Source: an uncultured bacterium (GTDB taxonomy: Bacteria; Patescibacteriota; Minisyncoccia; Phycocordibacterales; Phycocordibacteraceae). Taken from it: a DNA stretch of 64,000 nt. Position 1 is the stretch's first letter; the number at the start of each line of letters is the position of its first letter. The stretch lies in contig CAMTYL010000003.1 of the NCBI GenBank assembly GCA_947085985.1, positions 362,108 to 426,107 of the forward strand, read 5' to 3'. The notes beneath the pieces are model-generated. The model was not told the DNA's origin and did not search any database. It was given only the letters and a program-made list of their open reading frames with translations. A program made the translations under genes and the position numbers. Below, piece after piece: positions 10,470-20,335 of the stretch.

Positions 10470-10920
10470 CGGAAAGCACTTCTGCAGCGTGCTCCGCAGG
10501 CTTCACATTTTCATATATCTTGGCAATGGTGCCGTCTGGAGCAATTAGAAAAGAGGTGCGGGATATACCATCGTACTCACGACCCATCATTTTCTTCTTT
10601 CCCCACACGCCGTAGGCACTCACCATCTCCTTCTTCTCGTCTGCAAGAAGTGTGAATGGCAACTTCTGCTTGTCCTTAAACTTCTTGTGGCTTGCTACCG
10701 AGTCAGCAGAAACACCAAAAACGGTGATGCTGCTTCCCGTAAAATCTGGCCACGCATCGCGAATAGTCTGTGCTTCAACGGTGCAGCCGGGCGTTGCGTC
10801 CTTTGGATAGAAGTACAGCAGGGTCCACGTGCCTGCCACTTCAGCGAGTGTATGCACAACCCCGTCTTCCCCCGGAAGTGAGAAATCCGGCGCCTTGTCT
10901 CCTGCGTGTAGAGTAGTCAT
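10450..10920 (-). CDS. bcp: Peroxiredoxin, Bcp-type thiol peroxidase
   Basis: FYPKDATPGCTVEA peroxidatic-Cys motif. Confidence 0.8.
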   Translation of the reverse strand: MTTLHAGDKAPDFSLPGEDGVVHTLAEVAGTWTLLYFYPKDATPGCTVEAQTIRDAWPDFTGSSITVFGVSADSVASHKKFKDKQKLPFTLLADEKKEMVSAYGVWGKKKMMGREYDGISRTSFLIAPDGTIAKIYENVKPAEHAAEVLSDVKALS

Positions 10921-10924
10921 GGTA

Positions 10925-12103
10925 TTAGCTTGATGCGTCTTCCCCGAGTAAAAATGATTCATCTTCTTGCGCACTCCCAAAAGCCTTGCGATACACAATA
11001 GCCATAAGAGCTCCGAGTGCGGCTGAGGTAATGACGCAAATCACGAGGACTCCTAGTACGGGCACGAGTCCCACGATGTAGAGCACAAGTGTACCCATGA
11101 CTGCAGTGCGCCAGGTGCAGTGTTCCCTTTTAAAGAGTGCCTGCGAAAGTGCTGCGCCGCTGATAAGTCCCGCGTACAGGTACGCAAGCAAAAGCATGAG
11201 CACGTAGAGTGCGGAAAGTAATATTGCAAGCGCAATACCTACAAACGACACCAGCAAGAACAGAATAAGAATGGGGGTGGCAACAATAGCCGCGAATCCA
11301 AGCAGCGCAAGCAGAATAAAGCGCTTTGGCGTGCGGCGGATGGTACGATCCACCACCAGGTTTGCAAGTACAGGGAACAGTCCCACAACCACGCCCGCAG
11401 CTATCGCAATGGCAATGATGCGGGTAATCAACAGCACGCCCGCGCCAGCAATGGCAAAGCGTTTTGCTTCCTCGTTTGTCGGCAGGAAGGTAGAAGAGCC
11501 GGTATAGGTTACGCCACCCGAAATAGTTGCAGTCGCCGGTACCACTATCTGCTGGGGAGCGTCGTACTCAAGAGCCCCTGTTATGGTGGTGCCTTCGGCA
11601 ACAAATAACTTGTCAGAGGCCACCACATGCACATCTCCCGCAATCGTTCCGGACAGGTACACGTCGGCACCATACACGGTCACGTCTCCCCCACTTCCTT
11701 GTACCCGCACGAGCCCTCCAACAAGATGAGTATTCTGTGCAGTAGACGATGCCACAACAGTTGCGCCGAGCGCTATGATGTCTCCACCAACGGGCGCGTC
11801 TATCAACAACTCTCCACCAATGAGGCGCACATCGCCTATAACCTCTTTGCGCACATCTACATGAGCTCCACCAAAAAGCACATCTCCCATAACAACTGCG
11901 GAAGAAACGATGGTCGCACCGATAGCAAGGACGTCTTCGCCAAGCGGGGCCGCGATGGTGATGTCAGTACCTGCGAGGTAGAGGTTAGTACTTTTCGGTT
12001 CTGAAATAACAACCGTACGGGCTGCGGTCACCGTAGCTGCACCTGCTTGCAGTGGAATACTGGCTACAAGTAGAAGCGAGAAAATGAGGGTGAGTACGCG
12101 CAT
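10925..12103 (-). CDS. Membrane protein with N-terminal signal peptide, beta-helical GD-rich repeats (bactofilin/polymer-forming-like) and C-terminal multi-TM region
   Basis: Repeats of GDV..GG..V, long hydrophobic C-terminus. Confidence 0.45.
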   Translation of the reverse strand: MRVLTLIFSLLLVASIPLQAGAATVTAARTVVISEPKSTNLYLAGTDITIAAPLGEDVLAIGATIVSSAVVMGDVLFGGAHVDVRKEVIGDVRLIGGELLIDAPVGGDIIALGATVVASSTAQNTHLVGGLVRVQGSGGDVTVYGADVYLSGTIAGDVHVVASDKLFVAEGTTITGALEYDAPQQIVVPATATISGGVTYTGSSTFLPTNEEAKRFAIAGAGVLLITRIIAIAIAAGVVVGLFPVLANLVVDRTIRRTPKRFILLALLGFAAIVATPILILFLLVSFVGIALAILLSALYVLMLLLAYLYAGLISGAALSQALFKREHCTWRTAVMGTLVLYIVGLVPVLGVLVICVITSAALGALMAIVYRKAFGSAQEDESFLLGEDASS

Positions 12104-12110
12104 ACAAAAA

Positions 12111-12599
12111 TTATGAAGTTTCCGAAGTAACAACTGGGGATGGTCTGTTATGCCTCTTCCACAAGTCAAATGCTACAAAGAAGAGCATGAATGTAATTAC
12201 TGCTGAGGCGATGCAGTAAATACACATTGCTTTGATAAGGAAAAACTGAATATAGAGAAATACAAGAGATGCCAGCGAGCCGATAGCTCCGAGCAGCAAG
12301 AGTCCTTTATACATGATACGCAGAGGGACAATAAGCACGGCGGCCGAGAGCACAAAGACCAGCGCATAAAACAACACACCATAAAGCGCAAGCGGAAGTC
12401 CTAGGAAGAAGGAGAATTCGCTCTTTGCTACAATATTGCACCCATCGAGCACAGCCCCTAAGTCACAGGAAAGAGCCGTTTGATTGAGCGCGCTTGCGGT
12501 CAGGTACCACGCATCAGCAAGACCCAGAAACGAGAGCACCAGGAGGAGGACTGACAATGGGGTGGCCCCCTTCGCACTCAGACGTGTTTGCATATCCAT
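12111..12599 (-). CDS. Vitamin K epoxide reductase (VKOR) family protein
   Basis: Multi-TM, CxxC (CIYC) motif and conserved loop cysteines. Confidence 0.65.
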   Translation of the reverse strand: MDMQTRLSAKGATPLSVLLLVLSFLGLADAWYLTASALNQTALSCDLGAVLDGCNIVAKSEFSFFLGLPLALYGVLFYALVFVLSAAVLIVPLRIMYKGLLLLGAIGSLASLVFLYIQFFLIKAMCIYCIASAVITFMLFFVAFDLWKRHNRPSPVVTSETS

Positions 12600-12647
12600 A
12601 ATCGTACCGCGCGTCCCTACCCCGAGCAATGGTGATAGACTGCTGCT

Positions 12648-13100
12648 ATGGAACCTAAGGAAATACAGGACGATGTGCTCAAGGCGCGTCTCTCTGCTGA
12701 GGAGTACCACGTACTGCGCCAGGCAGGCACCGAGGCGCCCTTTTCAGGGAACTACGTAGACAATCACGATGCCGGCATGTACCACTGCAAGGTATGTAGC
12801 GCGGCACTTTTCTCCTCAGACAAGAAGTTTGATTCTGGGAGTGGCTGGCCCTCTTTCACTGACCCTGCAGTAGCAGAAAACGTGGGGACTCGTACAGACA
12901 CCTCACACGGCATGCGCCAGGAAATCTTAGGAGCAGAGCGAGTTAGATTTCCAAGTACTCTTGGGGTGACTCGCACAGAAGTGTTCTGCAAGCACTGCAA
13001 CAGCCACCTGGGACACGTCTTTGACGACGGCCCGCGCGAGGAAGGTGGCAAGCGCTATTGCATCAATTCAGTGGCGCTTGATTTTGAAGGGTCGGAGTAA
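12648..13100 (+). CDS. msrB: Peptide-methionine (R)-S-oxide reductase MsrB
   Basis: CxxC...CxxC zinc site, GWPSF and RYCINS motifs. Confidence 0.85.
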   Translation: MEPKEIQDDVLKARLSAEEYHVLRQAGTEAPFSGNYVDNHDAGMYHCKVCSAALFSSDKKFDSGSGWPSFTDPAVAENVGTRTDTSHGMRQEILGAERVRFPSTLGVTRTEVFCKHCNSHLGHVFDDGPREEGGKRYCINSVALDFEGSE

Positions 13101-13103
13101 TTA

Positions 13104-13136
13104 CTAAGGGCCCCGCGCAGATTCGCGGAGCCCTTT
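13104..13136 (+). terminator. Rho-independent terminator after msrB
   Basis: gggccccgcg-cagattc-gcggagccc followed by tttt. Confidence 0.5.
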
Positions 13137-13156
13137 TAAGTAGTGTGCGCCACATG

Positions 13157-13654
13157 CTAGATGTAGCGCCGAAGCGAGCGAGCGAGGTCCAAAGCTCCCG
13201 AAGCGCGCTTCTTTTCCGTAGTCGGCTGGTACGCTACCTGCGCATGTTCCCTGCAGTAGGAGACTGGCCCGCCAGTGCGCCTACCACAGAACGTGAACTC
13301 GTCTGTGAGAGGGTCGCCGATGGGCCACTTGCACATGCGAGCCCTCAGCGTCATGCTCGTTGCCGACCCCAGCTCATCAGTCCGACGAGCCGGAGCAGGT
13401 ACAGTCGCAGCGCTAGGTTTGAGCGTAGTGGCTCGCACCGGCTTGGTCGCAACCGGTCGCGCTGGTCGCGGAGCCTTGAAGGCAGGGCGAGCCGGCTGTG
13501 AAGGCGCTGCGCGTCCAGAAAGCCCGAGACGATGCACCTTGCCGATAACGGCGTTGCGCGTTACCCCGCCTAGCTGCTTGGCAATCTGACTGCAGGACAG
13601 ACCGTCCAGCCAGAGCTTCTTGAGTGTCGCCACTCTTTCGTCAGTCCATCCCAT
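13157..13654 (-). CDS. GcrA-like cell-cycle regulator family protein, in a locally high-GC pocket
   Basis: N-terminal WTDERVATLKKLWLDGLSCSQIAKQLGGVTRNAVIGKVHRLGL and C-terminal CKWPIGDP...FCG...YC motif typical of GcrA. Confidence 0.6.
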   Translation of the reverse strand: MGWTDERVATLKKLWLDGLSCSQIAKQLGGVTRNAVIGKVHRLGLSGRAAPSQPARPAFKAPRPARPVATKPVRATTLKPSAATVPAPARRTDELGSATSMTLRARMCKWPIGDPLTDEFTFCGRRTGGPVSYCREHAQVAYQPTTEKKRASGALDLARSLRRYI

Positions 13655-13770
13655 ATCCCTATCCTTTCGGTAGGAGGTGAAGGGCAAAAATATCAATGCA
13701 CCCTGGCAAAAGTATAGCCCCGGTTCAAAAGCACTATCAACACCATGACACAGTGCAAAAATGTGTTCTG

Positions 13771-14217
13771 TTACATTACTTCGATGCTGTCTAAATACCG
13801 TTCAAGGAAAAGCGGAAATTGCGAATGAAGTGGCGCAGGGAATGCGTCCAAACGGAACCAGCCAACGTCATCAAATTTATGGGGCTCTGCATTGTGTGCT
13901 TTAGCCCTATTAATGAGAACGAGAAAGTCCAAAGCTACCCAGTGCGTAGGCTCGCCATTATTAATTCTGTGTATGTCCCTATACCCAAGGAATTTTTTCT
14001 CCAGAACATTGGTTCCGTACTCTTCCTTAACTTCCTTTCGTATTGTTTCTTCTACAGAATCCCCCAGCTCAAGACCCCCTGCGCCTGGCTCCCACGTTCC
14101 GTGCTCGTCTCTGCAATTGCTACCGCGTTTTGCGAGAAAGAAATTACCTGCCCCGTCGTGACATAAGAAACAAACCGTGACTCCTGTGTAATCAACTCCC
14201 TTTTTCATATATGACAC
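13771..14217 (-). CDS. NUDIX hydrolase
   Basis: Nudix box GGGLELGDSVEETIRKEVKEEYG. Confidence 0.7.
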   Translation of the reverse strand: MSYMKKGVDYTGVTVCFLCHDGAGNFFLAKRGSNCRDEHGTWEPGAGGLELGDSVEETIRKEVKEEYGTNVLEKKFLGYRDIHRINNGEPTHWVALDFLVLINRAKAHNAEPHKFDDVGWFRLDAFPAPLHSQFPLFLERYLDSIEVM

Positions 14218-14672
14218 ACGACGTTCGGATGCTTTTCGAAGTAGCGTTGGTGATACTCCTCGGCCCTATAAAAATCAGCGAGAGGAACTACTTCAGTCAC
14301 GATAGCTTCTGGGTAATATTTCGGCGACAGCTCAGCTATCACGTTCTGTGCATCGTCTCGCTGCTCCTCGGTTACATAAAAAATTGCTGAGCGATACTGA
14401 CTTCCCACGTCCGGGCCCTGCCGATTACGTTCTGTCGGGTTGTGAATGGTAAAAAACTTCCGCACGATTTCTTCGTACGAGACTATGGTTGGGTCGTAGG
14501 TCACCCGCACTGCCTCAGCGTGTCCCGTTGCACCTGTGCACACCTGCTCATACGTTGGGTTCTCACGCACCCCTCCGGTGTAGCCACTCTCAGCATCCAC
14601 GACACCAGGCACGTCTAAAAACGCTTTCTCTATTCCCCAAAAACACCCGCCTGCAAATACTGCTGTGTCCAT
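14205..14672 (-). CDS. msrA: Peptide-methionine (S)-S-oxide reductase MsrA
   Basis: GCFWG active-site motif at N-terminus. Confidence 0.85.
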   Translation of the reverse strand: MDTAVFAGGCFWGIEKAFLDVPGVVDAESGYTGGVRENPTYEQVCTGATGHAEAVRVTYDPTIVSYEEIVRKFFTIHNPTERNRQGPDVGSQYRSAIFYVTEEQRDDAQNVIAELSPKYYPEAIVTEVVPLADFYRAEEYHQRYFEKHPNVVCHI

Positions 14673-14811
14673 AGAGAAAGTATAGCAACCTCCGTGGCCC
14701 CGAGGCAGTTATAGCAAATAGAGGGAAATGAACACTGACAGGACAACGGCTTGTGCGCACGCAAGGTGCAGCACAGTCGGTTCGGTACGATTACTCACTA
14801 GCAATAACCAT

Positions 14812-15057
14812 ATGCCACTATTTCAGGCACTTGGGCTTGGGGTACTCATACTAGTCCTCCAGTCTTCTCTCCCCAATGTTCTTCGCCAGGCAGAAGCGAC
14901 CACCATTGCGCTCTTGCGCGGTGCAGAAGTTTCCGCAGTTGCAGCCACCAACATGGCCGCAGCAGCAACCTCTATCACCGATGTGAAGAGTCCGGGTTTG
15001 CCACGCGCACTCCCCGACTTTCCACTCCCGCAAGCTTCGCAAGTACGAAGCTTCTAG
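14812..15057 (+). CDS. Hypothetical small protein (plus-strand ORF followed by terminator hairpin 15066-15100); alternative Cys-rich antisense ORF exists
   Basis: ORF ends 4 nt before hairpin cacagccag...ctggctgtg + T-run. Confidence 0.25.
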   Translation: MPLFQALGLGVLILVLQSSLPNVLRQAEATTIALLRGAEVSAVAATNMAAAATSITDVKSPGLPRALPDFPLPQASQVRSF

Positions 15058-15343
15058 CCTACCCACCACACAGCCAGCTACCCTGCTCTGGCTGTGTTTG
15101 TTTTTGTGGAGTGTGCGACTAGAGTGTTCCGTTCAGCGCAGCCTTCACTGCATTCTCATATGCACGCTTTTGGTACTCCATACCAAGCCAGATGCCGAGC
15201 AGAAATACCAGGATAAAAAGCACAATACTGGCAAACTGTGATACGCGCGTGACGGCATTCCATTGGATGTTCATATGCGCTTAGCATAGCAGAAAAGCGA
15301 GCCCAGGCGGGCTCGCTTTTCATATAACCATTCTTGTTACCGA

Positions 15344-16021
15344 TTACTTCTTGAGTGCCTCGTCAACTGCTGCTGCAAGCGTAGCATAGGGCACTGCTCC
15401 TGAGAGAAGCTTGGTGCCTACAATCATGCTTGGAGTGCCATTGATACCAAAGGCTGCACCTTCTGCACGAGAGTCATTAATCACCTTGGTGTACGCGTCC
15501 TTCTTACTTACCATAAGCGCGTTCACGCGTGCAACATCAATCCCTGGTACCTTCTCTGCGGTTACCTTGTCAATTGACGCAAGGTTACCGAAGCCAGCAT
15601 CACCCTCGTCGGTATGTGCCTGCATAACTGCAGTCAGCCAGTTGTGGTACTGCTCTGGGTGGGCCTCCCATACTGCGTGCGAGTAGAGTGCTGCCGTCAT
15701 AGAATCCTCGCCAAGGAACTGGAAGTCCTTGAACACGATGCGGAGCTTTCCGTCCTTCACGTAATTCTTGATAAGCTCTGGAGTGACTGTCAGCTCAAAC
15801 TGTTGGCAGAATGGGCACTGGTAATCAAACCACACCGCCATAGTGACGGGTGCTGTCGGGCTTCCAATAAACGGCACGCCGTCCGTCTTTACATCCTTCA
15901 CATCAACAGCAACATCTGCTGGCTTTGCGTTCTCCTTGCTGCCACCCTGTCCGAACATGAAGGCGAGCGCAATAATTCCAGCACCGAGCACCACCGCAAT
16001 CGGTGTGAGGTACTTTTCCAT
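15344..16021 (-). CDS. DsbA-family thiol:disulfide oxidoreductase (secreted/anchored)
   Basis: WFDYQCPFCQQFE thioredoxin CxxC motif, N-terminal TM anchor. Confidence 0.75.
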   Translation of the reverse strand: MEKYLTPIAVVLGAGIIALAFMFGQGGSKENAKPADVAVDVKDVKTDGVPFIGSPTAPVTMAVWFDYQCPFCQQFELTVTPELIKNYVKDGKLRIVFKDFQFLGEDSMTAALYSHAVWEAHPEQYHNWLTAVMQAHTDEGDAGFGNLASIDKVTAEKVPGIDVARVNALMVSKKDAYTKVINDSRAEGAAFGINGTPSMIVGTKLLSGAVPYATLAAAVDEALKK

Positions 16022-16281
16022 AAATCCACCTGATTTTGTCTGATCCATAACTATTTGAAAGCCCTTATTAGCAATATGACCAGTATAGCAGAAAGCCCGG
16101 AACCGCAAGGTTCCGGGCTTTCTGCTCAATTTCCTGGCTTCTGTTTCGCTCTAGGGGCGCTCAAAAATGGCCAGATACAAGGCGTGGGAGAGCGGAAGTT
16201 CGAGCCGTACATACTAGTACGGTGAGAACTTTCGCTGGGCCCCGCAACGCAGTAGCTGGCTACTTTTTGAGTGTCCTCCCG

Positions 16282-17706
16282 TTATGCGCCGATAAAGGTT
16301 AGCGCCTTTCCGGCCTCTCCCGCGCGACCCGTACGGCCAATGCGGTGCGTGTAGTCCTCGTAGGTTGCTGGCAGGTCGTAGTTAATGACGTGCGATACGC
16401 CAGAGATATCAAGACCGCGCGCAGCAACGTCTGTTGCCACAAGCACGTTCACTTCGCCACGCTTAAAGAGGCCAAGGGCCTTTTGGCGTGCGCCGTGAGT
16501 CTTGTCGCCGTGAATGCTCTCGGCACGAATACCACCTGCGCGTAGCTCCTTTGTAAGGCGCTCCACCCCATGCTTGGTACGACCAAACACGAGCACACGC
16601 TTACACGCCTCATCGCGAAGAATCTCTGAGAGTTTCTCAAATTTCTCGCTTGAGTGCGCACGCACCACGTCCTGGTCAATAGTGTGAGACGTCTCGCGAG
16701 TCTTTACGGTCACGCGAACTGGATTTTTAAGGAAGTCTCCAATCAAGCGCTCAATGTCGCGAGACATAGTAGCCGAGAAGAAGAGCGTGTGACGCTCTGC
16801 ACGCATCTTGCTCATGATGAAGCGCATATCATCAATGAAGCCCATGTCGAGCATGCGATCAGCCTCGTCGAGCACGAGTGTACCGAACTGAGACAGGTCT
16901 AGCTCGCGGCGCTCCATAAGGTCCTTTAGACGTCCTGGTGTTCCAATGACGAATGCTGGGTTGCGGCGAAGCACGCGTACCTGCGGGGTGATGTTAGCGC
17001 CACCAACACAGGTGACCGACGCGAGACCCAGTCCCTTTGCAAAGCCCCAGAACTCCTCTTCAATCTGAATAGCGAGCTCACGAGTAGGCACCATGATAAG
17101 GATGCGCTCGCTCTGGTTTAGCGTACGGAACTTAAGCACCTTATCAATAAGGGGAATAAGAAAGGCCGCCGTCTTTCCGGTACCGGTGTTTGCAAGTCCG
17201 ACAATGTCAGAGCCCTTAAGCACGTGCACGATAGACTGGTCCTGAATAGGTGTTGGGAGGATGTACCCCTTCTTAGAAATGTTGTCCTTCAAACGCTCAT
17301 CAATAGCAAAAGATGAGAAGACGTTCTCGGGTACATAGGCCTCTACCTTTTCAGGGGCGGTAGCCTTGTTAATAAGCTTTGAGATATCAACATCCATTTC
17401 CTGGTAGTTGCGTCGGCCACGAGTAGGGGCGCTCGTGCGTCCCCCACGATCGTTTCCAAAGCTGCGTCCTCCCCCACCGCGAGAATCGCGACGTGGTCCG
17501 CCACCACCTCCACCCATAGGGGCACGGCGACGTGACTCCGAAGGAGCCGTTGCGGGACGCTTAAATCCGCCTTCAAGCGCAAAACGCATACCTGCTTCGT
17601 ATGCTGAGCTTGGACGGGCTGATGGGCGTCCTGTCGGACGACCACCACTGCGAGGAGCTGGTCCTCGACGTGAATCGCGCGGACGCGAAGTATTTGACTG
17701 ATTCAT
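16282..17706 (-). CDS. DEAD-box ATP-dependent RNA helicase with ~115-aa N-terminal RG/RGG-rich extension
   Basis: Q-motif, GTGKT Walker A, DEAD (VLDEADRM), SAT, HRIGRTGR motifs. Confidence 0.85.
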   Translation of the reverse strand: MNQSNTSRPRDSRRGPAPRSGGRPTGRPSARPSSAYEAGMRFALEGGFKRPATAPSESRRRAPMGGGGGGPRRDSRGGGGRSFGNDRGGRTSAPTRGRRNYQEMDVDISKLINKATAPEKVEAYVPENVFSSFAIDERLKDNISKKGYILPTPIQDQSIVHVLKGSDIVGLANTGTGKTAAFLIPLIDKVLKFRTLNQSERILIMVPTRELAIQIEEEFWGFAKGLGLASVTCVGGANITPQVRVLRRNPAFVIGTPGRLKDLMERRELDLSQFGTLVLDEADRMLDMGFIDDMRFIMSKMRAERHTLFFSATMSRDIERLIGDFLKNPVRVTVKTRETSHTIDQDVVRAHSSEKFEKLSEILRDEACKRVLVFGRTKHGVERLTKELRAGGIRAESIHGDKTHGARQKALGLFKRGEVNVLVATDVAARGLDISGVSHVINYDLPATYEDYTHRIGRTGRAGEAGKALTFIGA

Positions 17707-17984
17707 TATGTGTTTCTTGTACGTCGCGAGGGCGCCTTACGCGCTGCGTCGTGGTTAGTATGACCAGAACCTACGGCATGCGGAGGAAGTGGTTGCAACG
17801 TCTCGAGTCTCGGAGCTTCTCGCTCGGTCCCGAGGCTATGCAAAAACATGGCGGAGGACAGAAAACGTAAGGAGAAACGTTGATATATCTATTATAGCCC
17901 CAAAAGCCCAAAATAGCAAGTGTAGAAAAGGGCGCCGCGTGAAGCGGCGCCCTGTCGGCGGAAACAGTGCGTGCTGCACCACGT

Positions 17985-18377
17985 CTACCGTGCACTTTCT
18001 GGCGATTCGTCCTTCCAGAAGATTTCCGCGAACCGTGCCGCTTCAGCAACACCCGGAAACCGATCCATGCGGACCTCCGCCGACTGGAAGGCGAGCTCGG
18101 CAAAAAACTCAACCAGTCCGGAGCGCAGGTCATCCGTGTATCGTATATAGGATGCCTGCGAGCCGTTGTACCGACTCTCACCTGGAACCAGCTCCTGAAA
18201 AAAGAACATGAGCGCCACGTTCTCCTCCTTGACCAGGATGGTCACGTCGCTCTTGTCGCCGATGAAGCGAATGAACGCAACCTTGAGCGACTCCTTTTCA
18301 AGCGGGGGCGCCAGACCCACTTTTTCGCACAACATGCGCAGGTTTCGCGCATGTCTCGGAAACAAAAGATCTCCCAT
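17985..18377 (-). CDS. Hypothetical protein (130 aa), followed by terminator hairpin 17930-17955
   Basis: Coding-like ORF with downstream gggcgccgc-gtgaa-gcggcgccc hairpin and T-run on minus strand. Confidence 0.4.
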   Translation of the reverse strand: MGDLLFPRHARNLRMLCEKVGLAPPLEKESLKVAFIRFIGDKSDVTILVKEENVALMFFFQELVPGESRYNGSQASYIRYTDDLRSGLVEFFAELAFQSAEVRMDRFPGVAEAARFAEIFWKDESPESAR

Positions 18378-18472
18378 ATTTTTCTCCTAAAGCCAACTTG
18401 GCCGAACCTGCATACTACACCAAAGCAAAAGACCCACAACATTCGTTGTGGGTCTTTTGCTTTACGGGCAAA

Positions 18473-20257
18473 CTAGCGCCGATTCTTTGCGCGGTCGGAC
18501 TCAGTGAGTCCCTGCTTGCGCAAGCGCACTGACAGCGGAGTGATTTCTAGGTACTCGTCCTCAGTCATCACTTCAAGACCGCGCTCAATCGTGAGTGTGA
18601 AGGCTGGCACCAGGTTGATAGCCTCGTCCATTCCAGAGGAGCGAACGTTGGATTGGTTCTTGCCCTTCGTAGGGTTTGCTACCATTTCCTCGCCCTTAGA
18701 CGTGTTGCCGATGACCATACCCTCATACACTTCAGTCGCAGGAACAATGTAGAGCACACCGCGCTCCTGCAGACTCCACAGTGCGTATCCAAGCGCCTTT
18801 CCAGTAGCCATGGAAATCATGGAGCCTACCTGACGCTTCTTAATCTCACCTGCGTATGGCTTGAAGCCGAGCACGCGACTAGAGAGAATTCCCTCGCCCT
18901 TGGTGTCCACGATGAACTGGTTACGATAGCCAAGAAGTCCACGTGTTGGTCCTTCAAAGGTTAGGCGCACCGTATCGCCCTCCTGTACCAAGTTCTGCAT
19001 CACAAAGGCGCGCGTACCGAGGCGCTCGATGATAGCTCCCTGGTATTCCGTTGGAGTGTCGATGATGACCTCCTCGTACGGCTCTACCTTCACACCCTCC
19101 TCCTCGCGCACAATTACCTGTGGCTGAGACACCTGCATTTCGTATCCAGCACGACGCATATTCTCAAGGAGAATAGCGATGTGGAGCTCTCCACGGCCTG
19201 ACACCTTGAATGCTTCAGGAGATACAAAATCCACCTTAAGACCCACGTTCACTTCAAGCTCGCGTTCAAGGTAGTCGCGCAGCTGACGGCTCGTCACGTA
19301 CTTACCTTCCTTTCCAGCAAACGGTGAGTTGTTCACAAGGAAGTTCACGGTGATGGTTGGCTCATCAATAGCGATTGCTGGCATTGGCTCCATCTCTGGG
19401 TCGGTAGTGATAGTCTCACCGATAAACGCGTCAGCGATACCAGCAATAATAACAATGTCGCCTGCGCCTGCCTCCGGCACGTCCACACGCTCAAGACCTT
19501 TAAAGGTAAATACCTTCGTAATCTTTGCATTGCGGCTCTCGCCATCTGCTTTCTTCACAGTGACCGTCTGTCCTGCCTTCACCGTTCCTTCGTACACACG
19601 TCCAATGGCAAGACGTCCGAGGAAGTTGTCGTATGCCAAGTTAAAAGTCTGAAGCTTTAGCGGCTTTGATGCACTGTCAGCGCTTGAAGTAGGTGCAACC
19701 TGCTCCAGGATAACGTCGAGCAGCGGAGTGAGGTCCTTACGTTCGTCATCAAGCTTGCGCATCGCAACTCCCTCGCGACCAATTGCGTACACCGTAGTGA
19801 AGTCAGACTGCTCGTCAGAGGCTCCCAGTTCTAGGAAGAGCTCAAGCACCTGCTCTTCAGCGCGGTTTGGATCAGCTGCTGGCTTATCAATCTTGTTCAA
19901 AACAACAATAGGCTGCAACCCGAGCTCGAGAGACTTCTTAAGCACGAAGCGAGTCTGTGGCATCGGTCCTTCCTGTGCGTCCACAATAAGGAGCACGGAA
20001 TCAATAGAGCGAAGTACGCGCTCAACCTCAGAACCAAAGTCGGAGTGGCCTGGGGTGTCCACGATGTTGATCTTGGTTCCCTTGTACTCAATAGAGGTGT
20101 TCTTTGAATAAATGGTGATACCACGCTCGTGTTCAAGCGCATTGGAGTCCATGGAGACACCTTCGGCGGCAGCTCCCGTCAGCTTCATGATGGCGTCCGT
20201 GAGCGTGGTCTTGCCGTGGTCCACGTGCGCAATGATAGCGATGTTTCTAATTTCCAT
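18473..20257 (-). CDS. typA: Translational GTPase TypA/BipA
   Basis: AIIAHVDHGKTTL G1, DTPGH, NKIDK motifs; 594 aa. Confidence 0.9.
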   Translation of the reverse strand: MEIRNIAIIAHVDHGKTTLTDAIMKLTGAAAEGVSMDSNALEHERGITIYSKNTSIEYKGTKINIVDTPGHSDFGSEVERVLRSIDSVLLIVDAQEGPMPQTRFVLKKSLELGLQPIVVLNKIDKPAADPNRAEEQVLELFLELGASDEQSDFTTVYAIGREGVAMRKLDDERKDLTPLLDVILEQVAPTSSADSASKPLKLQTFNLAYDNFLGRLAIGRVYEGTVKAGQTVTVKKADGESRNAKITKVFTFKGLERVDVPEAGAGDIVIIAGIADAFIGETITTDPEMEPMPAIAIDEPTITVNFLVNNSPFAGKEGKYVTSRQLRDYLERELEVNVGLKVDFVSPEAFKVSGRGELHIAILLENMRRAGYEMQVSQPQVIVREEEGVKVEPYEEVIIDTPTEYQGAIIERLGTRAFVMQNLVQEGDTVRLTFEGPTRGLLGYRNQFIVDTKGEGILSSRVLGFKPYAGEIKKRQVGSMISMATGKALGYALWSLQERGVLYIVPATEVYEGMVIGNTSKGEEMVANPTKGKNQSNVRSSGMDEAINLVPAFTLTIERGLEVMTEDEYLEITPLSVRLRKQGLTESDRAKNRR

Positions 20258-20335
20258 AGGTAGTACTTGGCGACGAATAAAATAAAAATGCCCCGTGGGC
20301 GATTACCTTTACAATACCGTTATATATACAACTCG

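Noticed and set aside
14851-15069. Cys-rich 72-aa antisense ORF (GCCCGHVGGCNCGNFC) as a metallothionein-like gene
   Set aside because: The plus-strand ORF on the opposite strand is followed by a properly oriented terminator. The Cys richness is likely a by-product of the GCN-rich antisense frame.
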